From: Macrostomum lignano
Taxonomy: Eukaryota
Length of the DNA stretch: 64,000 nt
Direction: 5' to 3'
Assembly: GCA_002269645.1 (NCBI GenBank)
Contig: NIVC01000782.1
Coordinates: forward strand, 124,001-188,000
Position 1 is the stretch's first letter; every line of letters starts with the position of its first letter. This document shows positions 1-10,510 of the stretch, piece after piece. The position numbers were made by a program, and so were the translations under genes. Under the pieces are notes generated by a model. The model had not been told where the DNA came from. It searched no databases and saw nothing but the letters and a program-made list of their open reading frames with translations.

Positions 1-237
1 ATTTAAAACAATTGAAATATTTCGACAGAGCATTCAACTGAGAATGAAGCAGATCGCAAATGCAGCCTGAATACCTGACAGTAGTATGCAAAGGATATTA
101 TTATTATTATTGATAGAAATGGCACATTTAACATTGCAATCGCATTCGCCTATTAGAATAGACGCAATCAGGCTTTGAGTCCGGGCCGATATGTATCGAA
201 AAGGCCCAGCATGCAGTGCGAATTGCAGCCTGAGTGA

Positions 238-750
<513 letters not shown>

Positions 751-1580
751 GCGGAGCTTCTTGATATTTGATGATGAGCCGGCGGGGCAGGATGCAGCCC
801 TTCAAACTGAGGTGAGGCTCATCCATGAAGAGCGTGAGCACAACCGAGCACATGAGGCAGAGGGGCAGGAGAGAAACCCTGGGCTCAGGGCAGGGCCTGT
901 ACGAGCCTGGGGCGGGTGTATTTTTAGCACGCCTGGAGTTTTACAGTTTGTTTCTCTGTCTGCCCGGCTGTGCCTGGGCGCTCCGCCCCTCCGCTCGCCG
1001 CCCACGCAAATGATACAGCCAAGGACGACTTAAGTAGAAGGACGGGAAACCTCGTTTCTTAGAAATTTTAGAAGGCAGGTGTTTCCGAAAAAATACACTA
1101 CGGAGATAGGAAGTTTTAATTTTTTCAGCACAAAAATTGTTATTGCTTTCGATAGGAGACCGATCCAGTGTTCATTTTTTGATATGTTGCACAATGACGT
1201 CACCATACAGCTGTAAATTGGCGAGTTTTGCTATGTTTCCAAACTTACCATGACATGACTTGCTTGAGGCAATCTTCCTAATAAACTTGCGGTCTAATCA
1301 TTTTCAAGTTGAACAAGTTTTGCATGTCTCAAAAATAGGAGGTTGATTGTGAGTATTGTGAGAATTGTGTGATTATTGTGTGCCATCTCTCTACAAGGTA
1401 ATTAAGGTAATACAAAATGCCTTAAACTTAAAAATACTTTCTATGAAAAGATGCAGAGCAGGGCAGAGCATCACTATAAATGATATAACTGCACATTTGG
1501 TAGTTCTTATCTAGTATTACACTATTACACTAGACATATAAGATTCATATCGATCTCTTGGAACATCTCAAATCCCTCAG

Positions 1581-1834
1581 ACTCCGAGTCCAGAAGCCCA
1601 GCAATGCCAGCAGCGGACGATGTCAGCGAGCAGCTCAGCAGCAGCCCGACAGTCACGTGCAGCCCCATCGTTACGGCGTGGGACGCAGAGCTCATGCCGG
1701 TCTCTGGCAGATTCGCAGGTGGGTTTTGAGCTTCTGTGACTGCTTATTGCATAAACATTAGTTACTGAGGCCTGACAGCCCTGACTGCATGCTGAAATTC
1801 TTTCTCCGGCTTTTCAGAGACCTTCGCAACCTGA
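1581..1834 (+). CDS. Possible last two coding exons of an unidentified gene (1581-1718, 1818-1834)
   Basis: CCCTCAG acceptor, open frame DSESRSPAMPAADDVSEQLSSSPT...RFA, GT donor at 1719, TTTTCAG acceptor at 1817, phase-consistent to TGA 1832-1834. No recognisable domain. Confidence 0.3.
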
Positions 1835-2598
1835 TGGCGGCTGAGCGATGGCAGCTGCATTTCTGTGTGTGAATCAATGTGACTCACACTGACACATTTG
1901 TACAGATGAAATGAGATGAGATGTCAGTAATTTGCTTCAAATATTGACTTTTCATACATATTATATTCAGTTATTGAATCTGCCGATGATGCGTTAAAAT
2001 CCATAATGCTGCAGCACTGAACTCGACTCCCACCGCCCGAAAACCCCACGGCTCAACCGAATCGAATCAGTTAATCTACTTGGGCACAGGTAAACAAAGT
2101 TCAATAAGCAACTTTTTGATTTTGAAAAATGTGATAAACACATTAGCTGCTACAGGACAGCTGTGATACACTGGCACACATCACATGCACATTTTCATCT
2201 TAATTAACATGAAAAGCTCAGGTACTGCAACAGTTTATCAGCCTTGATTGAGCTCAGATAGAATTATAGAATGAGCACAAGTGACGTCACTGATTGGCAG
2301 CCTTCAAATCGATTTCTGTTGCTCCAAATGTTGTTTCAGGGCATGCGACTGTTGACTGCGTCAGAAGAGAGCGATTTAGGCTTCACTGCTTCGGCCTATC
2401 ATTAATAATTAATGCGCAGGCCGATAACTGCTGATTTTCATATTTATTAATATTATCTGTGGCAAACTAATTATTCAATATTATCTACAAAATATTTTTG
2501 CTGAATTAATGTTATAACTTTCGTAGAATTTCGGGAAAATACTGTCTATAACTACCAGTAGTATGCAAAAAAGAAGCCAAGTGACTCAGGTGGAAGGC

Positions 2599-5187
2599 CT
2601 CAGGTGTCAGCACTCGGTCTCAGGTGTCAGCACTCGGTCTCAGGTGTCAGCACTCGGTCTCAGGTGTCAGCACTCGGTCTCAGGTGTCAGCACTCGGTCT
2701 CAGGTGTCTGCACTCGGTCTCAGATGTCTGCACTCGGTCTCAGGTGTCAGCACTCGGTCTCAGGTGTCAGCACTCGGTCTCAGGTGTCAGCACTCGGTCT
2801 CAGGTGTCAGCACTCGGTCTCAGGTGTCAGCACTCGGTCTCAGGTGTCAGCACTCGGTCTCAGGTGTCAGCACTCGGTCTCAGATGTCTGCACTCGGTCT
2901 CAGATGTCTGCACTCGGTCTCAGGTGTCAGCACTCGGTCTCAGGTGTCAGCACTCGGTCTCAGGTGTCAGCACTCGGTCTCAGGTGTCAGCACTCGGTCT
3001 CAGGTGTCAGCACTCGGTCTCAAGTGTCAGCACTCGGTCTCAGGTGTCTGCATTCGGTCTCAGGTGCCAGCATTCGGTCTCAGGTGTCAGCACTCGGTCT
3101 CAGGTGTCAGCACTCGGTCTCAGGTGCCAGCACTCGGTCTCAGGTGCCAGCACTCGGTCTCAGGTGTCAGCACTCGGTCTCAGGTGTCTGCATTCGGTCT
3201 CAGGTGCCAGCATTCGGTCTCAGGTGTCAGCACTCGGTCTCAGGTGTCTGCATTCGGTCTCAGGTGCCAGCACTCGGTCTCAGATGTCTGCACTCGGTCT
3301 CAGGTGTCAGCACTCGGTCTCAGGTGTCAGTACTCGGTCTCAGGTGTCAGCACTCGGTCCCAGGTGTCAGCACTCGGTCTCAGGTGTCAGCACTCGGTCT
3401 CAGATGTATGCACTCGGTCTCAGATGTATGCACTCGGTCTCAGGTGTCAGCACTCGGTCTCAGGTGTCAGCACTCGGTCTCAGGTGTCAGCACTCGGTCT
3501 CAGGTGTCAGCACTCGGTCTCAGGTGTCAGCACTCGGTCAGGTGTCAGCACTCGGTCTCAAGTGTCAGCACTCGGTCTCAGGTGCCAGCATTCGGTCTCA
3601 GGTGTCAGCACTCGGTCTCAGGTGCCAGCACTCGGTCTCAGGTGCCAGCACTCGTCTCAGGTGTCAGCACTCGGTCTCAGGTGTCAGCACTCGGTCCCAG
3701 GTGTCAGCACTCGGTCTCAGGTGTCAGCACTCGGTCTCAGATGTCTGCACTCGGTCTCAGGTGTCAGCACTCGGTCTCAGGTGTCAGCACTCGGTCGCAG
3801 GTGTCAGCACTCGGTCTCAGATGTCTGCACTCGGTCTCAGGTGTCAGCACTCGGTCTCAGGTGTCAGCACTCGGTCTCAGGTGTAAGCACTCGGTCTCAG
3901 GTGTCAGCACTCGGTCTCAGGTGTCAGCACTCGGTCTCAGGTGTCAGTACTCGGTCTCAGGTGCCAGCACTCGGTCTCAGGTGTCAGCACTCGGTCTCAG
4001 GTGTCAGCACTCGGTCTCAGGTGTCAGCACTCGGTCTCAGGTGTCAGCACTCGGTCTCAGGTGTCAGCACTCGGTCTCAGGTGTCAGCACTCGGTCTCAG
4101 GTGTCAGCACTCGGTCCCAGGTGTCAGCACTCGGTCTCAAGTGTCAGCACTCGGTCTCAGGTGTCTGCATTCGGTCTCAGGTGCCAGCATTCGGTCTCAG
4201 GTGTCAGCACTCGGTCTCAGGTGCCAGCACTCGGTCTCAGGTGTCAGCACTCGGTCTCAGGTGTCAGCATTCGGTCTCAGGTGTCAGCACTCGGTCTCAG
4301 GTGTCAGCACTCGGTCTCAGGTGTCTGCATTCGGTCTCAGGTGCCAGCACTCGGTCTCAGATGTCTGCACTCGGTCTCAGGTGTCAGCACTCGGTCTCAG
4401 GTGTCAGTACTCGGTCTCAGGTGTCAGCACTCGGTCCCAGGTGTCAGCACTCGGTCTCAGGTGTCAGCACTCGGTCTCAGATGTATGCACTCGGTCTCAG
4501 ATGTATGCACTCGGTCTCAGGTGTCAGCACTCGGTCTCAGGTGTCAGCACTCGGTCTCAGGTGTCAGCACTCGGTCTCAGGTGTCAGCACTCGGTCTCAG
4601 GTGTCAGCACTCGGTCAGGTGTCAGCACTCGGTCTCAAGTGTCAGCACTCGGTCTCAGGTGCCAGCATTCGGTCTCAGGTGTCAGCACTCGGTCTCAGGT
4701 GCCAGCACTCGGTCTCAGGTGCCAGCACTCGGTCTCAGGTGTCAGCACTCGGTCTCAGGTGTCAGCACTCGGTCCCAGGTGTCAGCACTCGGTCTCAGGT
4801 GTCAGCACTCGGTCTCAGGTGTCAGCACTCGGTCTCAGGTGTCAGCACTCGGTCTCAGGTGTCAGCACTCGGTCTCAGGTGTCAGCACTCGGTCTCAGAT
4901 GTCTGCACTCGGTCTCAGGTGTCAGCACTCGGTCTCAGGTGTCAGCACTCGGTCTCAGGTGTAAGCACTCGGTCTCAGGTGTCAGCACTCGGTCTCAGGT
5001 GTCAGCACTCGGTCTCAGGTGTCAGTACTCGGTCTCAGGTGCCAGCACTCGGTCTCAGGTGTCAGCACTCGGTCTCAAGTGTCAGCACTCGGTTTCAGGT
5101 GTCAGCACTTGGTCTCAGGTGTCAGCACTCGGTCTCAGGTGTCAGCACTTGGTCTCAGGTGTCAGCACTCGGTCTCAGGTGTCAGCA
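2599..5187. repeat. 20-bp satellite (CTCAGGTGTCAGCACTCGGT)n, about 129 units, with a ~1.08 kb higher-order duplication
   Basis: Direct reading. Diagnostic variants recur at ~1078 bp offset (AGATGTATG 3402/4480; 2-bp-deleted unit ~3535/~4613; GTGTAAGC 3881/4960). Confidence 0.98.
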
Positions 5188-6253
5188 AACAAAGGCAGTC
5201 AGCGAGGCGAGGACGGCGCGGCCGCAGAGGACGCAGGTGGTTGTGGAGGCGTTGCAGGCAGCGCAGAGCACAAAATGAGCACACGGCAGGGAGACCCGGC
5301 TCCGCGCTCGCTGGCGGCAGCGAAGGCACCGGTCGTCCTGCGGCTCGGCGCTCGGGTGCAGCGGCTGCTGCGGGGGCGGGGGCGGGGCGGCGGCGGTCGC
5401 GGGCGACTCGGCGGGCGCCTTGGAGGCGGCAGCCGCGGGTTGGCAGCCGCCGCCGCGGAGGCCGCAGAGACCGCGCAGCAGCGACTCGACAGGCAGGTCG
5501 AAGACGCGGGCCGCGGCGCCGCCCAGCCGGGCCTCCAGCTCGTGAGCGGCCAGGATGAGGTCGCCCGGCCTCGCCAGGTCGCCGCCGCCGCCGCCGTCTC
5601 CGCCGAGGTGCCGCCGCGCCACCGCCAGCACCAGCGCCGGCCTGGCGATGCCGAAGGCCTCCGCCCGCGCCACCGGCGCCGCCTCCACGCGGCCCAGCAG
5701 CCGCTCCGCCGCTCGGCCCAGCTCCGACGCGTCCCTGGCAACCAGCTCGGCGTCCCTGGTAACCAGCGGCTCGCCGCTCCGACGACAGCGCAGGAGGCGC
5801 AGCAGGCGAGCGAGCTGGCAGTCGGGGCTGGCGGCTGCGTGGGCGGCTGGCGGGGAGTCACGTGACCCGGGGTCGGCGCTCGGCAGCCGGCAGTCGCAGA
5901 GAAAGCAGCGCAGGTCGCCCGAGGCGGCGTCGAGGAAGAGGCCCGCCGCTGCCGCCGCCTCCGACGCCCCAGACTGGCAGCGCAGCGAGTGGGGCGCGAA
6001 CTCGGGACGTTTCGATGCGACCACAGCTTGCAGGAGGCCGCCTGTGTTAGTAAAATTACAAGTGCTGAAGTTATATTTTTATTTCTAACCGTTAGCCGTG
6101 ATTAAATAATGACAGACATCTGGACTCACCTGAGAAAAATGCAGCTTCTGTAACGTTCCGTGACTGCTCACAATCGCTATTACTGAGCAGCTGCTCAATT
6201 AATGACAGATCAGATGGAGAAAGAAGGCAACCTGCTACTGAGATGCTGGCAGT
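5182..6253 (-). CDS. IAP: IAP-like protein (BIR - UBA-like - C-terminal RING); 5' end not found
   Basis: Exons 6253-6130 and 6041-5182 join in phase across an 88-bp GT-AG intron. BIR ligands C-x2-C-x18-H-x6-C (AAAGLFLD..GDLRCFLC..H..PDC). UBA-like EAFGIARPALV..GDLIL. IAP-type RING CLRC..LPCAHFVLCAAC..CVLC at the C-terminus. Confidence 0.8.
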
Positions 6254-7184
6254 CTGTAGAGTTAGCTGTGTGTGCGCTGTGTGTGTGTGGTAATCAGAAC
6301 TATAGCAGCTCGGATTCTAAAAATGTAAATGCAGCCATGCACAAGTAGGCTTTAAGTATCTTTTATCTTCTTAAGTACCAATGTAGAACTTGTATAGAAG
6401 TTAATGTGAAAACTAAGGAAGTTTAAAGAGAAAATTTCGTCAGTTAAATTTAGTAACTAACTGCTGCCAATGAAGTATCTTATTTGCTCTGGATACAAAA
6501 GTTCAGTTGTGGAAGTTCACTTCGGTAAGTCTTCACGCACTAAAATGTTGCCTCCGTTGATTGAAGAAGGTTTTGTTTGTTTTAATAAAGTTAATAAAAG
6601 TATTAAGAAATAACCATAAAATGCTTTCAATACGTAGCGTATAATGCTTTTATCACTAGACATTCAAGCTGAAATCCTACGGAACAAACTACAGAACTAT
6701 AGAACAATTAATTCTCAAAGTCAAACTTGCAACTTATAGCCACAGAATTTTGTCAAAGACTGGACAGCCAAAAAATTCAAGATACAGCTAAACCTTCAGC
6801 TGATGGAATCAGCAACATGTCACCAATCAGACTCGTAGCACTGACTGATCATGAAAAAAGCAAAAGTAAATCCCTATGTAGGATTTTTATCCGGATACTC
6901 GATCCTAAGAAACGTTCAATAATTCTGTTTTTATTGTTTACGACCTAATACGTCAGTTTGAGGCAGGTATCTGACTCTAACTGGTTTTAAACCCCCCCCC
7001 CCCTGCGCCGGCCTGGCCTCGCTTTGGTGGGTTGGTGGGGTGCTGGTGCTCTGCGTGCGTGCAGGGCTTAGGGCAGCCTCCCCCTCCGCTCTGTGCTATT
7101 TAGTCACGCGTCGCGGCCGCTGAGTCGGCGTAATTTTGGCAAAATATTTTTAGCCTGCCTGATTTGCCAAGCACGGCACTCACA

Positions 7185-8201
7185 ATGGACTCTACGTTAG
7201 GCAGCATGACCGTGCAGGCCCTCAAAGATGCCTTCCGCGAGAAGGCCTTACCTACAAGTGGCAATAAAGAAGAGCTGATAGGCCGCCTGCTCGCTGCAAG
7301 CCAGGCCGAACGAGCTCCCAGCGATGACGACGGTGACGACGACCAGGACGAGGATGACGTGCGCCGGGCTGCGCCAGCGGAGGAGGCCACAGAAGCGCAG
7401 ATTAGGCAGACTCAGAAAAGGATCGAGCTGCTGAAACTGCAGAAGGCTGAGGCCCAGTTGCAGGATGAAGTGCAGTCGATCCGCAGTGGCGCCGGATCGT
7501 CCCCGCTGGCCAGAGGAGGGCCGGACATCTACGCCAGCCTGTTCGGGGACCAGAGCCGACAACCGAGGTTTGATTCGGCCGGAGCCCAGCGGCCCCCATC
7601 AGCGCTGCTCATCCCGGAATTTCTGGACGAGAGGCAGCAGTCGGGAGGATGGCTGACACAGGAACGTGGTCGCCTGACTCTGAAAGGCGCAACGTCGAGC
7701 CTGTCCGGAGTCAACTTCGGCCAGTGGGTGGCTGCCAACGCGCGGATCATGCAGCGGCTGCTAGAGACCGGCCAGCTGGTGGCGCCCGGTACGGATGGAC
7801 AGCCCGACTGCAAGAGGCTGAGCGCCTACCTCAACTTTAACATCCACATTGGCGAGCTGATCGACGCTGGCTACGACTGGAAGGTGGTGCTCCAGTACGA
7901 CCAGGACATGAGGCTGCAGCAGCACTCGCGACAGCGCGACTGGGACAGCCCCGATCTGAACCTCATCATCAAGCATATGACGGCGCCCAAAAACCTGCGA
8001 GCTGCTGGCCCAGTCGCGGTCGGTCAAGGAGTCCAGGGTCACCGTAGCAGGGGCCAGCTGTCATCCGCTGGACAGGTCATCTGCGGCCTGTTCAATAGCA
8101 ACAAAGGCTGTCACAGACACACCTGCAATTTCGCCCACATCTGCCGCATCTGCGAAGGGAGCCACTCAAAGCTGCAACACAGCTCGGTGGCTGCCGAATA
8201 A
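7185..8201 (+). CDS. Retroelement ORF1 (gag-like): N-terminal SAP domain, C-terminal CCCH-type zinc finger
   Basis: ATG 7185. SAP-like MTVQALKDAFREKALPTSGNKEELIGRL. Central ..QYDQDMRLQQ..W. C-terminal ICGLFNSNKGCHRHTCNFAHICRICEGSH is typical of DIRS/Ngaro ORF1. Confidence 0.82.
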   Translation: MDSTLGSMTVQALKDAFREKALPTSGNKEELIGRLLAASQAERAPSDDDGDDDQDEDDVRRAAPAEEATEAQIRQTQKRIELLKLQKAEAQLQDEVQSIRSGAGSSPLARGGPDIYASLFGDQSRQPRFDSAGAQRPPSALLIPEFLDERQQSGGWLTQERGRLTLKGATSSLSGVNFGQWVAANARIMQRLLETGQLVAPGTDGQPDCKRLSAYLNFNIHIGELIDAGYDWKVVLQYDQDMRLQQHSRQRDWDSPDLNLIIKHMTAPKNLRAAGPVAVGQGVQGHRSRGQLSSAGQVICGLFNSNKGCHRHTCNFAHICRICEGSHSKLQHSSVAAE

Positions 8202-10510
8202 AAAAACTGAGCAAAGAGGCGGGTCGCGGCGGCACCAGTTTTAGCCCTAAGCGGACGGCGTCTGATAGACAGTCCAAAATTTTAATTCCATGCGAGACAG
8301 CTGCTCGCACTGCCACTGGCCCTGCCGCTCGCCCTGCCGCTCGCCCTGCCGCTCGTCCTGCCGCTCGCACTGCCGCTCGCCATGCCACTCGCCCTGCCAC
8401 TCGCCCTGCCGCCGGCCCTGCCGCCGGCCCTGCTGCCGGCCCTGCTGCCGGCCCTGCTGCCGGCCCTGCCGCCGGTCCTGCTGCCGGTCCTGCTGCCGGT
8501 CCTGCTGCCGGCCCTGCCGCCGGCCCTGCCGCCGGCCCTGCCGCCGGCCCTGCCGCCGGTCCTGCTGCCGGCCCTGCTGCCGGTCCTGCTGCCGGCCCTG
8601 CTGCCGGCCCTGCTGCCGGCCCTGCTGCCGGTCCTGCTGCCGGCCCTGCTGCCGGTCCTGCTGCCGGCCCTGCTGCCGGCCCTGCTGCCGGCCCTGCTGC
8701 CGGTCCTGCTGCCGGCCCTGCTGCCGGTCCTGCTGCCGGCGCTGCTGCCGGCCCTGTTGCCGGCCCGGTGGCTGCACTCCGAAAACGTTGGCCGCTGTTA
8801 ACTGCTGCTTGGACACCAGTCCTGCTCGGAGACTCGGACGCGGAGTTTCTGATCGCGGGAATTCGCGATGGCTTTCGCATCACCGACGCGGCTCCGACCA
8901 GCGAATCCCAGCTCGAAAATCATGCATCCGCCTGCTGCGAGGCAAATCGGAATGCCGTTGAGCTGCAGATCAGAGAGGAGGTCGTGGCTGGCCGGTACAT
9001 CAGCGCAACTGACTTGGGCATCGCCAGGCCGACCATCATCAGCCCACTGGGCGCCGTCCCGAAGGCAGACGGCGCCATCCGCCTGATTCACGACGCGTCC
9101 GCGCCACAGGGCAACAGCCTCAACGATCTGTACAAGCCCCGCCAGAAGATGAAGTTTGCCAATGTCGAGGATCTCACCAGGCAGCTGGCACCAGGCTGGT
9201 TCATCAGCAAGGTCGACCTACGCCACGCCTACCGAAGTGTTCAGGTGCACCCAGACTGCTATAAGGCGACGGGGCTCCGGTGGACGTTCGAGCTGGACGG
9301 TCAGCCCACCTATCTGGTTGACACGCGACTCCCATTCGGTGCGGCGGCATCAGTCAACATTTTCCACCGCCTGACGCAAGCTGTCAAGCGCTTTATGTAC
9401 AGGCAATTCTCGCATCTGTCCAAATTCGTCGTCATCGCATACCTCGACGATTTCTGCATAGCTGCCCGGGACTACGAGGTCTGCCTGCAGCTGCACAATT
9501 TTCTGCTGGCCACCCTGCAGCACCTCGGCTTTGAGATCAACTGGGCCAAGACGCAGAGCCCAGCCACTTCGGTCACTTTCCTGGGTGTGCAGATCGACAC
9601 ATTGACTGGCCTGCTGTCACTGCCCGCCTAGAAGATGGACGGCCTTCGAGAACTTCTCCAGGACTGCGCCAACTCAAAGAGCCTGGAAAAACGTCGCCTT
9701 CAGCACCTAGTCGGCAAACTGAACTGGTTCTGCAAAGTGGCCAAACCTGCAAAGGCCCTGCTTCGCGCGCTCCTGGAGATAACCATCGCTATTCCTGAGC
9801 AGCATCATCGAGTACCGGTGCGCGGCGAGCTACTGGCCTAGTTGCAGTTCAGGCAGCATGAAATCCCAGTGTTCCCGACCGACAAGCTGTGGCGGCGTGC
9901 ACGAGTGCTGGCAGCGGTCGAGACGGACGCCTGCGTCAGTGCCGGTGGCATGATCCTGAGCACCTCTGATGGCCAGCGCGAGTTCCGCCTCGTCGACTTC
10001 TGCAGTGACGCCGGTGGCATCTTCCTGAGCGAGCACATCAACGCCAAGGAGACGGTACTGCCGCTGCTCGCCATCATTCTGTTCCAGGAGCAGCTGGCCG
10101 GCGGCAAGGTGGCCTGCTACGTCGACAGCAGCGCGGCGGTCGGCACCATCAACCGCGGTGCCTCCAGCAACCCGATCGTCATGACCCTGCTCAAAACGGC
10201 CACTCTGGCAGCGCTGAGGCACGACTTTCAGTTTCGAGCTCACCATATGCCGGGGTCCTGGCAGCTGCTGAGCGACCCGCTGTCGCGCTGCCTGACGCAT
10301 CCCCGCCACATGCTGCTGTCTCTGCTGTGCTACTTCGGCCGGGCCAAGGCGCAGCCGGAAGATCTGCGCAGGGCCTGCCTCAATGAGTCAACGGCGGCCC
10401 GGTTGCTTGAGCAGGCGTTGCTCGCGCTGAGCCCCGGTCTCTGGCGCAGTTCTCGAGCGGAGCGAGTTGCGACGGCTGAAGCAGATCCCGAGCTCAGGTA
10501 CGAGTCTTAG
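8099..10510 (+). pseudogene. Retroelement ORF2: reverse transcriptase + RNase H in one frame, interrupted by TAG at 9629 and 9839
   Basis: Frame open from 8099 with no ATG upstream of the RT-like segment. Motifs W..D..F...GI.DGF, PLGAVPK.DG.IRLIHD, SKVDLRHAY, RLPFG, YLDDF. RNase H TDAC, HINAKE, YVDS, HHMPG..DPLSR. ORF-track pieces 8768, 9635 and 9842 share the same frame. Confidence 0.88.
8305..8767. repeat. 12-bp coding repeat (GCCGGCCCTGCT)n, about 38 units, in the ORF2 frame (AGPA linker)
   Basis: Direct reading; stop-free in the RT frame and continuous with the RT N-terminus. Confidence 0.95.

Noticed and set aside
2563-5865. Very long + strand ORFs (1100, 786, 420, 445 aa)
   Set aside because: Artefacts of a 20-bp satellite that is stop-free on this strand. 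The tail is the antisense of the GC-rich IAP exon.
5199-6088. Alternative-frame and antisense ORFs over the IAP exon
   Set aside because: GC-rich shadow ORFs; only the 5182 frame has BIR/RING motifs and a phase-compatible splice.
6986-6995. piggyBac assignment from TTAA/CCC-like ends
   Set aside because: No transposase, the TIR does not extend beyond 10 bp, and the spacing is TTTAAA|CCC rather than TTAA|CCC.
8092-8961. Cys-rich (CRPC), Gln-rich and LLPA ORFs resembling keratin-associated or metallothionein proteins
   Set aside because: Alternative readings of the 12-bp repeat; the frame continuous with RT is AGPA.
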